Positions 21,734 through 34,285 of a stretch of 64,000 nt of DNA are shown one piece after another. Origin of the DNA: Squalus acanthias (taxonomy: Eukaryota); NCBI GenBank assembly GCA_030390025.1, contig CM059432.1, positions 66,528,001 to 66,592,000 of the forward strand, given 5' to 3'. The notes beneath the pieces are model-generated. The model was not told the DNA's origin. It worked only from the letters and a program-made list of their open reading frames with translations, and made no database searches. Made by a program: the position numbers and the translations under genes. How positions within the stretch are numbered: position 1 is the first letter of the stretch; each line of letters begins with the position of its first letter.

Positions 21734-21872
21734 AGGGGTCAAATGTGGCAGATGCTGGGGTCTGTATGGAAAACAAAAAACTTTTTTTGCTGGAAATCAC
21801 AGCAGGTCCGGCCGCATCTGTGTAGAGAGAACAAGCCAACGACGACTCGAGTCTGGATGACTCTACGTCAGG
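21734..21872 (-). mobile_element. Short hammerhead-type repeat nested in the Penelope 3' UTR
   Basis: Reads CTGACGT-agagtcatccagactc..ctctctacacagatgc..gacctgctg..tttccagc. Flanked by near-direct repeats aggtggggtcaca (21721) and aggtggggtttaca (21870). Confidence 0.65.
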
Positions 21873-24344
21873 TGGGGTTACATGTAGCGTGACATGAACC
21901 CAAGATCCCGGTTGAGGCCATCCTCATGGGTGCAGAACTTGGCTATCAGTTTCTGCTTGACGATTTTGCGTTGTCGTGTGTCTCGAAGGCCGCCTTGGAG
22001 AACGCTTACCCGAAGATCGGAGGCTGAATGTCCTTGACTGCTGAAGTGTTCCCCGACTGGGAGGGAACACTCCTGCCTGGTGATTGTTGCGCGGTGTCTG
22101 TTCATACGTTGTCACAGTGTCTGCATGGTCTCACTGATGTACCATGCTCCAGGGCATCCTTTCCTGCAACGTATGAGGTAGACAACGTTGGCCGAGTCAC
22201 ATGAGTATGCACCATGTACCTGGTGGGTGGTGTCCTCACGTGTGATGATGGTATCTGTGTTGATGATCTGGCATGTCTTGCAGAGGTTGCCGTGGCAGGG
22301 TTGTGTGGTGTCGTGGTCGCTGTTCTCCTGAAAGCTGGGTAATTTGCTGCGAACGATGGTCTGTTTGAGGTTAGGTGGCTGTTTGAAGGCGAGTAGTGGA
22401 GGCGTGGGGATGGCCTTAGCGAGGTGTTCGCCGTCATCGATGACATGTTGAAGGCTGCGAAGAACATGGCATAGTTTCTCCGCTCCGGGGAAGTACTGGA
22501 TGATGTAGGGTACTCTGTTGGTTGTGTCCCGTGTTTGTCTTCTGAGGAGGTCTATGCGATTTTTCGCTGTGGCCCGTCGGAACTGTCGATCGACGAGTCG
22601 AGCGTCATATCCCATTCTTACGAGGGCGTCTTTCAGCGTCTGTAGGTGTCCACCGCGTTCCTCCTCGTCTGAGCAGATTTGAGTAGGCGGTGCAGGTCAT
22701 TCTTGGCAGGGTCATGGATGAGCCCTTGGCCAGTGGCGGGGCTGAAAGGATACAAGATGCTGGTATCCTTGTACTTTATACTCCTTCTGGCATGCAGCTC
22801 TTGCTTTCCCGCCCTCCCCTCACCACAAGTCCACCCTTGTGCCTTCCTCATTTCACACACCCAAGAAATGCAGCCCGCCCAGCCAATGGTTGACCAAGAA
22901 GAGGGAGAGGAGAGTAAAGAAGAAGAAGAAACACCGTCACTCGATTTCACACTCCCAGCCACCAGCTCCTCAAGGTTGGCCAGCAAGGTCATCTGCAGAC
23001 TTCCCCACTGAAAGTCAGCAGCCTTCCACCAGCCATGCTGCAGCCACTGGGATAGCACTGCGTGACATCGGTCAGAGCCCCACCAGAGTCCTCACCCAAC
23101 TGAGATGGGCGTCTCATCCCCTGCACAGCCGCAGGAGCAGCAGTCTGTTGCCGAGCCCTCACAGGTTCGCAACCCCAGAGGACGGCCGTCAAAGGTGTCG
23201 AGACAGGAGCAGCAAGAAAGTGAGCAAGCGGCCTCCACATTTGCTGAAGCCAAAGGGGAAGCACCATGTAGGAGCACGCGTAAGAGGAAGATAATGCACA
23301 AGTAGTCACAAGGGTAGTCACTTGGGTGTTATGTTGTGTTTATTTCTGAAATGCCAAAAGTTGCTTGTTGTGATATAAAAATTCTGATGGCAAACTGTTG
23401 AAGTTGTGGCCTGTGTCATTTCGCAAATGGGACTTCCACATTGAGGGCTTAGAGCGACTTGCATTTGTCAGTATGGTGATCAGAGTGATAGGAATCTGCA
23501 GGTTCTTGTCCATTGTCGATGCTCTGGTAAGAAGGTGCAAGGTAAACGTATTTGATTGTGCAGGCTAAGCAAATCTGGCCAACATGAGTGCATTCCTTGC
23601 ATCCCGGGCAGCAATGTGGTCGCGCGCTGGCGCCTCCCGGCCTGTGCAGCTTCAGATGGGTGAGCAGCAGCTTGGCGCTCCTGTTGTTGTTCCTGCTGTT
23701 GGTGCTGCTGTTGTTCATGGTTCTGCTGCTGCCACGGCTGGTCTTCGTCCGAATCTGATGTCCAGGAGGAAAGGAAATAAATGGTTCCCATGCTTCTGGC
23801 ATATGCCTCAGTTGAGGAAGCGTTCAGTCAAAGTGGGAAGAGGGGTTTCCCAGGAGGTCACACTAGAGATGGGTGTCTTGCTCCAAACTTCCACAACAAT
23901 GAGTATGCCTGCTAAAAGTTCCCCCAGACCTGAGACAACAAAGTTCTGCCACCTGCAAATGATCATTGGTGAAAACTCCTTTTTAATGGTGGAGCTGCAG
24001 CTGTTAGTAAGCCATCCACTTGTGAGGCCGCCAGGATTAACTGGCGTGTTCCAGAGGAGACGTATAGGATGGGGGAAATGTGTTAAAATCAGAAAGGCTT
24101 CTCAACATGGGATTATAGAAGCAATTAACTGGTTGTTAAGGGCCTTAAGGGCCTATCTCGCCTCTTGGAGATGGGATGGAAGCGGGGTCTGAAACCCCGA
24201 TTCTGGGAAAATTGCTCAGAGGCGGGCTGGAGGTGGGTTTGGAGCTGCCCGCCAATTTTTGTGATTTTAACACCTCACACCCCTCCAATCCCACCTCCTC
24301 AGGCTTGGCAAAATCGAGCCCAATGTCTTTGTTCCTTCTTGATA

Positions 24345-25243
24345 GCACCGTCTGGTTTCGCTGTTTTGCCACAGCTCAGCAAGTTTTAATGTCCAGCTTG
24401 AAAATTGTGTCATAAAGGACTTCTCTTCCATACAACGCTGTAATGGTCAGTAACAGAGGTAAGGTCAGGTGTGGGAAAACTGTTGAAAAGGGATTTGGGG
24501 TTGTGGTCACTGGTACCGCAGGCGAATGATTCCATCGCGGATATCCTGCCAGAAAGGGGCTGTCTGGATTGCATCCTTCCTTCAGATTCCTCCTCTTCTG
24601 CTTCTTCCTCTTCTGCATCTTCATCTGCTGCATCTTCCTCTACCCTCTGCGAGAAGATGCTGTAAATCTGAAATAAAAACAGGTCAAATAGCATCTCAAC
24701 CTGGGACGTGAACTCTATTTCTCTCTCCAGGGATGTTGCCTGACCTGCTGAGTATTTCCAGGATTTTCTGTCTTCTCATAAGCTATCCATTAAAATCTGA
24801 GGCCTTGCAAGCATCCAGCAGCACTCCCTGCACACTTAATAATCTTTTATCATGTATTGCACCAAGCTACTACTTCAATAAATTTAAAAAATCCAGTCCA
24901 AAAGCTTAAATATAAACTTACCTGACAGCTATGTGTGTCCCTTTAAGAGGTGCTGTCAGTGTCTCTGTCAGTCTGCTGAATGCTCGGTTTTCAGAACGAG
25001 CTTAGGACCCAGCGCTGAACTCAGCGCTAAGGTCAAAGTTCACTGAGGTGACGTTAAGTCGGCGTTGCACATCGAATGGCGTCACCCTCTCTTCATTTAC
25101 ATCTCCAGGGCCAGCGCTAAGGCCCTCACCAAAATGGCGACCGCCAAGTTCCGCACCAGAGAAAGGAGCTAGAGTGGCGGCCACCATTTTTTGCCAGGAC
25201 AGCGGTGGTAACTCGTGGTGGTAAGCAGCCCAATTTATTGGCC
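24345..25243. mobile_element. Harbinger relic (transposase acidic C-terminus on the minus strand plus one terminus)
   Basis: EEDAADEDAEEEEAEEEESEGRMQSRQPLSGR resembles the H2 and H3 tails. TTAGCGC-type motifs are present and the end reads cccaatttattggcc. Confidence 0.6.
24660..24775. repeat. Inverted pair of short hammerhead-type repeat fragments
   Basis: aaatctgaaataaaaacag in one orientation is joined to tttctctctccagggatgttgcctgacctgctgagtatttccag in the other. Confidence 0.6.
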
Positions 25244-25396
25244 TATATCCGTTAGTACATATATTTTAAATAAATATATCCATATTTAGCGTGGAATTGC
25301 TTACCGGACGGAAGATGTTGGTTTAACGTATAATTTTTGTTCTGTATGTTGTGATGGCTTTTTGAAAATTTCAACAATAATATAATTCTAAAAGTT

Positions 25397-26972
25397 GGGC
25401 TGCGAAATTTGGCACCTTAGTGCCGGTAGTTAAGGGCGTTTTAAAAAAAAAATGTCGTCCACCTCGCTTTTGCCCACTTCCGGCACGGCCCGTGCTGTTC
25501 GCCATCTTGGTGAGGGCTATAGCACTGGTCCTGGAGATGTAAATGAAGAGAGGGTGATGCCATTCGGTGTGGAGTACATGCGTGCACCAGCAGTATGCAG
25601 AGTAGGCAGCTCGTGACATTAGTCGGCGTGTAATGCTGATTTGACGCATGACCTGCCATTTTCAATGTCGCGCTCCATTCAATGCCCTTTCCGAAACATG
25701 CACAGCTAAACGTGCGTTCAGCTGCCCGAGAGACCCCCCATCAGTGCTATTTATTGGCTACCACGTTTCCCACATTACAACAGTGACTCCACTTCAAAAG
25801 TACTTCATTGACTGTAAAGCGCTTTGAGACGTCTGGTGGTCGTGAAAGGCGCTATATAAATGCAAATCTTTTCTTTCTTTAAAGGGATACATCCAACTTG
25901 CAGGTAAGTTGCTTATTGCTCTTGTACTGGCTCTTGCAGAGTTTGTAGGAGTACTGGGTTGCTGGAAGACATTTAAATAGTTGTTAATGTGCGCAGTGAG
26001 TGGTGCTGGATGTTGTGAAGGTGTTGGCTGCTACTGGAAGGCCCTGAGTGCCCCACTTGCTCCCAGTCATGGGGGCTATAGTTGCTCAGTCCGCCTCGCG
26101 CTGCAGCATGACAGGGAGATGGTGCAGAGGCAGCACAGAAGTCAAGCTGCTCACAGAGGGAGGAGGAGGGCTCTCAGCAGGAGGCCGTACCCACCTAGGG
26201 TCTTCAGGGAACACTTCTCCTACCTGCATGAAAGCCAGGAGCAGTGTGTTCGGTGGCTCCACTTCACCAATGAGGTGGTCACAGAACTCTGCCACCTCTT
26301 GGAACCAGACCTGCCACCTCAGAGCAGGGTGATGATGGCTCTGCCAGCAGCCCTCAAGGTGCCTGTGGTCCTGAATTTTTTCGTCAGCAGATCCTTCCCG
26401 GCTGAAACAGGTGACATAGCAAACATTTTGAAGTTCGCAGTCTATGGCTATATCCGAGAAGTCAAATAGGCTCTGTGCTCTAGGAGACAGGACTTAATTT
26501 TCTTCTCTCTAAATCGAGAGTAGTAGAAGGAGCGCGCACATGGCTTTGCCAGGAAAGCGGGCTTCCCCATGGTGCAGGGTGCCATTGACTTCATATATCT
26601 GGCTTTGCGAACTCCGCATCTCAATGGTGAGATGTTCCGTCACCGCAAAGGGTATCTCCCGAGGGTGGCTGCTAGGCGACAATGGCTATCTGCTCTACAC
26701 CTAGCTGATGACACTCCTGCTGAATTCAGAATGCACCTCCCTTTTAAGAAGTGCAGACTGCGTTTAAAACTGGAAGGTAGCTTTAAATAGAGCTCACCTC
26801 CCACGAGCTTGGTCCCCTGCTGAGCACTCAGCCACTCAGCAGTGCTTCAATAATGTTAATTAGCAGGCAGCATGAATGTCGCGTGCTGCCTGTATTACTT
26901 TCAACAGGCACAGGCAGATGGAATATTGTGGTCCCCGGGTCCATTTTCGGGCCTTATCAAATTTATTGCCCC
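25397..26972 (+). mobile_element. Internally deleted Harbinger with a transposase 5' pseudogene (about 26070-26720)
   Basis: Ends gggctgcgaaatttg and caaatttattgcccc. Translates as RRRALSRRPYPPRVFREHFSYLH..FTNEVVTELCHLL and MVQGAID..HRKGY. Confidence 0.75.
25755..25880 (+). mobile_element. 3' tail of a DeuSINE/L2-dependent SINE
   Basis: cattacaacagtgact..cttcaaaagtacttcattg..aaagcgctttg..gaaaggcgctatataaatgcaa followed by a short T/C-rich tail. Confidence 0.65.
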
Positions 26973-28529
26973 TGCTCTCTCTATAAATGTCTGAATTTAA
27001 ATTTTGCTTGATCTCATAAACTTTACCCTAACCAACTTAGAAGTGGTTAAACCTGGCCTACCAGAAAAACACATGTTCCCTCTTATAATCAGACTAATAT
27101 TAATACTGACAGCAAGGGGTAATCAGAAGTGAAATGTTTTATGTTTTCACCAATTTATTTGACAAACAAGATATTGCCCAGCGAATAACCAGAAATTGGC
27201 CTGACCACTGTGTTCTAAACTTTATTAATTTTATAAAGGGCTGTTTTCAATGAGACCTTGCTGGACTACAGCCTTCAGCATGCCAGAACTCCAGCTATAC
27301 ATCTGCATTTCATTGACAGTGGAACAGGTTAAGATTTTAGCATTTGTTTCATCTGCTTTGCATTTTACTGCTGGATATCTTTGCATTCTTATCTTTCTGC
27401 CAGTATTATTCCTTTGATTGTAGTGTAAAAATGGCAGAACATTGACAACAAAATAGTTTTAAATATACAAAAAATGGTACTAATTAATATGTGGCCATGC
27501 TAACTGGCTACTGCAAAATTCAACTATTGGTGTCCATATTAATCACAATTTCTAAATTAACATTAGCTTTTTCCTGACCACAAAAAAATATAAATTAATA
27601 AAGCTTACTAACCACCTTTTATCATTTCTTCACCTAGAGAGTAGGCAGCTAAGAGATGCTCTTGTTCTGTTTCAATTCTTTTGAGCCAACTCCTCAGCTA
27701 CACAAGACCCCTTACAGGTTTAGTCACCTTCTAATGTCCCCTGTATCCATTTTCCTCTCAGTGTTTTCCCCAGCAGCCTGACTGGAATCAGAAATTCACT
27801 GGAATTGAAAACACTTGTGTAATATAACTAACAAGTGCATTCATATAAAATTACTTTAAGCAAGAGAATTAACAAGTTTATTTAACATGGAAAAACACTT
27901 TTGTTAAAAGAGTGGATCAGAGCAATTTCATAAAATGCATTACTGGTCACACAGCAATAATTTAGCTCCAATGCATGGGAAAATTAAGGAAGAATCAATT
28001 TAAAATAAATCTGGCTCCCAAAGACCAAGGGGGAAAAATTTGGTTCCTTAGTGCCTCCCATTAGCGCCAGCAGAAGGCGCTAATGGGGCGCTAGAACATT
28101 ATCGCTGGGGTGAGGCAAATCCAACGCCGCACGCCAAATCCCGCTCCCCGCAGTACTGCTGCTAAGAGTTATTGCCGTGAGCCTCAACGCCAGGTGGATC
28201 GTGACGTCAGTGAGTGTGCAATGGTCACTGAGTGCCTGATTTGCGAAATTGATTGTCGCCACCTACCTTAGCGCATGGAGGAAACAGCGACAGGGAAAGC
28301 TGGCGTGAAGCAACAGGCAGCTGGCTCCAGGGATGTTATTTAAAGGGATCATCAGTAATGAGTCATAGCTGTAGGTTAGTGGAGTTTCAGTGCTTTCTTG
28401 TCAGTTTCACACAGCACATCAGTCTCATTCCGTTACTTCAACGTTATTTAGTATCAGGAGTGTTGTGGCAACTAAAAAGTAGCTACATTTATTCTTAAAA
28501 AAATCAAACTGCTACACTTGGTTACATTA

Positions 28530-29712
28530 ATGGGCACTGTACTGGAAGTCGACCTCGCCCTCCAGGATCTACGGCAGAGAGAGGCAGCAAGAAAGATTTG
28601 AACATGTGGCCAGAGGGAGGAGGAAGGCCATCAGGGCTTTCAACAGGAGGCCTTATCCTCTGAGGATATTCCGAGAGCACTTCTCCTACCTCCAATTAAG
28701 CAAGGAGCAATGCATTAGAAGGCTCCGCTTCACCAAGGAGGTGGTCACAGAACTCTGCCACCTCTTGCAACTAGACGTCCAGCCTCAGATCAGGTCAACC
28801 ATGGCTCTCTCAGTGGCAGTCAAGGTCACGGTCGCCCTCAATTTCTTCACCAGCGGATCCTTCCAGTCTGCAGCAGGAGACATAGCTAACATCTCACAGT
28901 TCACTGACCATCGCTGCATTTAGGAGGTCACAGATGCTCTCTACAGTAGGAGAAGGGATTACATTTCCTTCCCCATCACCAGAGAGAAGCAGGACAAGCG
29001 TGCATATGGCTTGCCAGGATAGGGGGATTCCCCGTGGTGCAGGGCGCCATTGACTGCCCCCATGTGGATTTGTGGGCACCGCATAACAATCCTGAGATCT
29101 TCCATAACCGCAAAGGCTACCACTCACTTAATGTGCAGTTGGTGTGCGACCACAGACAGCTAATCCTCAATGTGAATGCCCGCTATCCTGGCAACAGCTA
29201 CGATGCCTTCATCCTGTGTTAGACCGGTGTGCCGGCACTCTTCCAGCCACCATGTCAAGCTTGCGGCTGGCTGCTTGGAGACAAAGGCTATCCGCTCCCC
29301 ACCTGGCTCATGACTCCCCTCCACAACCCCAACACTCCTGCCCAGCACTCATAATGACAGCCATGCTGCCACCAGGAACATCATCGAGCAGACCATGGGG
29401 TGCTCAAGCAACGGTTCCGCTGCCTTGACCACTCGGGAGGAGCCCTCCAGTACTCGGTTGAGTGGGTGTCCCAGTTTGTGGTGGTCTGCTGCATGCTCCA
29501 CAACTTGGCCATCATGAGGGCTCAGCCCTTGCCACAAGGGATTGCGGGACCACGGCAGGAGGAGGAAGAGGAGAACGAGGAAGACGAGGAAGATGAGGAG
29601 GATGAGGGGGAGGAGGAGGAGGAGGAGGAACAGGAGTGAGGGAGGAGGCAGCCACTCAATTGACCTTCCATAAGGGCGGTCCATGACCACCTCATCAGAC
29701 TGCGGTTTGAAT
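28530..29712 (+). pseudogene. Harbinger transposase pseudogene
   Basis: RRPYPLRIFREHFSYL..., VQGAIDCPH..NRKGYHSLNVQ and LKQRFRCLDHSGGALQY..CCMLHN, with stops and frameshifts. Confidence 0.9.
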
Positions 29713-29879
29713 TAATTAAACCCCAGATCCCCATTGCTCACCACATCCCCATCATTCCATTCCTGTCGCAGGCCATATCACAGCACAAAGATGAAATGAG
29801 ACACACCACAAAAGAATCCAAACTGAATTAATAAATTTTATCAAAAATCAGTGAACACATATTTACACCAAAAATATTA

Positions 29880-30937
29880 ACTATTCATCCTTGTGCAATC
29901 CCTTAGTGCCTCTCATTACTGTGCATCTAAAGATCACGTAGTGCCAGTAACTGAGCTGGTGCCTGCAAGGATGCGGTGTATTCTTCCTCCTCCTCTTTGC
30001 CCGCCTCGCTCTCTACGGTGCCCTCAGGGACAGGCTGCTCAGGTGCTTGCTCATTATCTGAAAGCATAAAAGCACAAGAGTTGGGTTAAGGTGAGGGGGC
30101 GCAGGAAGGGAGAAATGCATGCATACAGCATGATTAGCTGGAAAGTACAAAACGATTGTGGGGTGAGGGGGAAGTGGGATATGAGAAGCAGGAGTAGGGA
30201 TGAACATAGCGTTATTCTCCCCAAGGGGGTCAATGTCGCGGGTGACTATGGCGCCCACCACCTGGCGCCCAATAATGTCCAGCACTCTATTCTCCAGCGC
30301 AGACAGTGGTTGGGTGTTGGCTTGTCCCCTGCCTGTGTGCTCCTGCTCCCTCCTGTTGTGGCCTGCAAGAGAAAGGAAAGTGTATTAGTGAGTGTGGAGC
30401 AATGGGTTTGGGTGATGTGCCTGCCATAATTGAATAGCTGTCATTGTATGCAAGGTGTGAGATGTGGGTGTGAGTGTTGGTAGGTAGGAATTGTTGGTGG
30501 GTGAGTGATGGGGGTTTGGTGCTTTGGGCAATGTATAAAGAGTATGGTTCAGATGGTGGTATGTATCATTTGTTTAAGCATTCACTCACCCTGACTATCT
30601 GAGTGAGGTTGTTAAATTTCTTCCTGCACTGTGTGTGGGTCTTGGGGACTACAGTGCTGCCCGAGACATGCTGCACTACCTCCCTCCACATGGTGCGGAA
30701 GACTTGCGGCAAGGGCCTCCTGCCACTTGTCGGGTAGAGCACCGCCCTCCGTCTCTCCACAGCGAACACCAACACCTCCAATGCTTGATCGCAGAATCTG
30801 CGGGCTCTCTCCCTGGGGAATGGATCTGATATGAGTACAGCTGCTTCAGTCGTCCGGCTTCTTCTCCTTGACCTGCTGTCGCTTGCTGAGGCGGCTGCAC
30901 AGCCAGCAATGCTGAGAATGAGGTGCTGCAGCATCAA
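29880..30937 (-). pseudogene. Harbinger Myb/SANT pseudogene with most of exon 3 deleted
   Basis: RERARRFCDQALEVLV..MWREVV..KTHTQCRKKFNNLTQIVR|gtgagt. Deletion junction near 29925 relative to H2. Confidence 0.85.
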
Positions 30938-31485
30938 TGAACTGGAAAAAGCCTGTGGGAATCATGACTTGCAATTAGACTGCACCTGATACTGGTCCAC
31001 CCTTTGAGTGTAACGCAAATGGGCTTGGGCTTTAAGACTTGAATTAGCGCTCCAATCATTTCTTTGAGCAGTGAGCATGAATTTTGCATGCAGTCTAAAG
31101 CATTAGCGCCTGGCACTAATTCTCCAACCTTTCTAATTTTACCGCCCATTCCTGGGCTATAATGAATTTCACCCCTCAAATGTTTTTCATTGAAATTCAA
31201 TAAAGGTTATTTAAGTAATACTACAAAAAAACCAAGCCATTTTGCATCCTACCACATTGTGGAATGTCTGCTCACAAAAAATAAAGCTATAGATAAGCCA
31301 ACAATTTGTGGTAATTTCATAGGATGAATCCGTACCATTCAGTCAAGTTGAGTCAACTGTAATGATTTTTCTTTAGCTTCTAGCAATTCATACTTAGCAG
31401 CTAATTTTGAAAAAAAAAGGTCAAATTTCTGAAACTTTATTCAGCTAAAATTTATATTGATTGCGTTTTTTTTTAAAGAGAGATT

Positions 31486-32190
31486 GGCCTGGATTTTGCA
31501 ATAGAAATAGCGATGAGGCTATCAGGGCTCACCGTTATTATGAATTAAATTGGACAGCAACTTCTGGCGTCCGCACATGCGCAGTTAAACACAGAAACCC
31601 AGAAGTTGCTTTTGCCCTGCTCCTCCACAAACCTCGATACACTGATACCTCGCCAACAGATTCAGCATTAAAATACATGTAGGGCATGAAGTTGCTGTAC
31701 TTACCCACCAGTTACCCATAAACATGCCAGAAAACAATAGGGTGGGTGCATTCAGGTGTAAGTGATTTTTTAATGGCGTGATAAGCAATGTTCCCTTTAA
31801 GCTGCAGGCCAATGCTCTAGAGGTCCTGCACAGCCGGTGAGCCAGCTTTTAAATTGAAAAAAACACGCATGCATGGAATATTGAATGGGCTGCACAGCCC
31901 GTTAAAGTGGCCGTGCAGCGCAAAAAAAATTACAGGGAACATTGCTGATAAAACTTAAGTACTACCAAACAACCTCTCTGGCCCTGAAAATTTAATTTTA
32001 CATGTGTGGAGTCTCACTTCTTTAGAATTTAATTATTGTTTGAGATTTAAAAAAAGTTAAAAATTAAAATAATTTTTTAATACTTTTTCTTTCTGTCTCT
32101 CCTTTCTCACTCTCTCTCTTTACCCCCATCTTTCTTTCCCTCTCTTATTTTGCTTTCTGTACATGATTTCACGTTGAATTAAATATTCTA
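31486..32190. mobile_element. Non-autonomous Harbinger-like element (one end)
   Basis: Terminus ggcctggattttgc. Reverse-complement similarity to 39050-39198 and 36400-36560. Confidence 0.6.
31786..31944. mobile_element. 159-bp hAT-type MITE
   Basis: TIRs CAATGTTCCCT and AGGGAACATTG. The 8-bp flanks gtgataag and ctgataaa match at 6 of 8 positions. Confidence 0.7.
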
Positions 32191-32227
32191 ATTTTGGTTT
32201 AGACTCTGCGAGGGGAAGTTTGTAATT

Positions 32228-34285
32228 CTAGGGGGTAGAGGTCGCGGGTTTGGGAGGTGCTGCCAAAGAAGCCTTGTTGAGTTGCTGCAGTGCATCTTGT
32301 AGATGGTACACACTGCAGCTATGGTACACTGGTGGTGGAGGGAGTGAATGTTTTTTAACGTGGTCGATGGAGTGCCAATCAAGCGGGCTGCTTTGTCCTG
32401 GATGGTGTCGAGCTTCTTGAGTGTTGTTGGAGCTGCACTCATCCAGGCAAGTGGAGAGTATCCATCACACTCCTGACTTGTGCCTCGTAGATGGTGGAAA
32501 GACTTTGGGGAGTCAGGAGGTGAGACACTCACCACCGAATACCCAGCCTCTGACCTGCTCTTGTTGCCACAGTATTTATGTGCCTGGTCCAGTTAAGTTT
32601 CTGGTCAACGGTGACCCCCAGGATGTTGATGGTGGGGGATTCGGCGATGGTAATGCCGTTGAATGTCAAGGGGCGGTGGTTAGACTCTCGCTTGTTGGAG
32701 ATAGTCATTGCCTGGCACTTGTGAGGCGTGAATGTTACCTGCCACTTATCAGCCCAAGCCTGAATGTCATCCAGGTCTTGTTGCATGCGGGCATGACTGC
32801 TTCGTTATCTGAGGTGTTGTGAATGGCACTGAACACTGTGAGTCATCAGCGAACATCCCCATTTCTGAGCTTATGTTGGAGGGAAGGTCATTGATGAAGC
32901 AGCTGAAGATGGTTGGGCCTAGGACACTGCCCTGAGGAACTCCTGCAGCGATGTCCTGGGGCTGAGATGTTTGACCTCCAACCACCACAACCATCTTCCT
33001 TTGTGCTAGGTATGACTCCAGCCAGTGGAGAATTTTCCCCCTGATTCCCATTGACTTCAGTTTTACTCGGGCTCCTTGATGCCACACTCAGTCAAATGCT
33101 GCCTTGATGTCAAAGGCAGTCACTTTCACCTCACCTCTGGAATTCAGTTCCTTTGTCCATGTTTGGACCAAGGCTGTAATGAGGTCTGGAGCTGAGTGGT
33201 CCTGACGGAACCCAAACTGGGCATCAGTGAGCAGGTTATTGGTGAGTCAGTGTCACTTGATAGCACTGTCGATGACACCTTCTATCACTTTGCTGATTAT
33301 TGAGGGTAGAGTGATGGGGCGCTAATTGGCCGGATTGGATTTGTCCTGCTTTTTGTGGACAGGACATACCTGGGCAGTTTTCCACATTGTCGGATAGATG
33401 CCAGTGTTGTAGCTGTACTGGAACAGCTTGGCTAGAGGTGCGGCTAGTTCTGGAGCACAAGCCTTCAGCACGATAGCCGGGATATTGTCGTGGCCCATAG
33501 AGTTTGCTGTATCCAGTGCCCACAGCCTTTTCTTGATATCACGTGGAGTGAATTGAATTGGCTGAATACTGGCTTCTGTGATGGTGGGGACCTTGGAAGG
33601 AGGCTGATATATATTATCCACTCGGCACTTCTGGCTGAAGATGGTTGAAAACGTTTCAGCCTTGTCTTTTGCACTCACGTGCTGGGCTCCACCATCTTTG
33701 AGGATGGGGATATTCATGGAGCCTCCTCCTCCCATTAGTTGCTTAATGGTCCACCACCATTCATGACTGGATGTGGCAGGACTGCAGAGTTTTGATCTGA
33801 TCCGTTGATTGTGGGATCGCTTAGCCCTGTCTATAGCATGCTGCTTCCACCTTTTAGCATGCATGTAGTCCTGTGTTGCTGCTTCCCCAGATTGGTATCT
33901 CATTTTTAGGTATGCCAGGAGCTGCTCCTGGCATGCTCTTCTACACTCCTTATTGAACCAGGGTTGGTCCCCTGGCTTGATGGTAATGGTAGAGTGAGGG
34001 ATATGCCGGGCCATGAGGTTACAGATTGTGGTGGAATGCAATTCTGCTGTTGCTGATGACCCACAGTGCCTCATGGATGCCCAGTTTTGGGCTGCTAGAT
34101 CTGTTCTGAATCTATCCCATTTAGCACAGTGGTAGTCCCACACAACACAATAGAGGGTGTCCTCAGTGTGAAGACGAGAGTTCATCTCCACAATGACTGT
34201 GCGGTGGTCACTGCTACCAATGCTGTCATGGACAGATGCATCTGCAACAGGTAGATTGGTGAGGACAAGGTCAAGTAGGTTTGGT
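32228..34285 (-). mobile_element. 5'-truncated LINE (CR1/L2 group, clade uncertain), ORF2 pseudogene
   Basis: NLLDLVLTN..SSDHRTV (APE end), QPWFNKEC, GHDNIP, AGVPQGSVLGP..FADD and ILGVTVDQKLNW. Confidence 0.85.

Larger units (their letters stand above)
21452..22675 (-). mobile_element. 5'-truncated Penelope-like retroelement (RT C-terminus, Cys linker, GIY-YIG endonuclease, 3' pLTR)
   Basis: CHGNLCKTC..YSCDSANVVYLIRCRKGCPGAWYISET..RMNRHR..VGEHFS..GLNRD, with an internal stop near 22112 and the ORF end at 21878. Confidence 0.9.
20620..24321. mobile_element. Chimeric, internally deleted Harbinger relic carrying a Penelope insertion
   Basis: Myb exon 1 at 21053-21283 (MAQQSREGAPRVS..TWLQCPKKLHDL|gtcagt). 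Exon 2 and 3 pieces at 22675-23305. Transposase 5' remnant (-) at 23630-23791. Right TIR caaaatcgagccc ends at 24321. The left boundary is approximate. Confidence 0.75.
28029..31176. mobile_element. Harbinger copy H3 (same subfamily as H2, defective)
   Basis: TIRs GGGGGAAAAATTT and GAATTTCACCCCT. 3-bp TSD CAA at 28026-28028 and 31177-31179. Confidence 0.9.

Noticed and set aside
24410..24694. Acidic host exon
   Set aside because: It matches the Harbinger transposase acidic tail, and the apparent acceptor comes from the adjacent short repeat.
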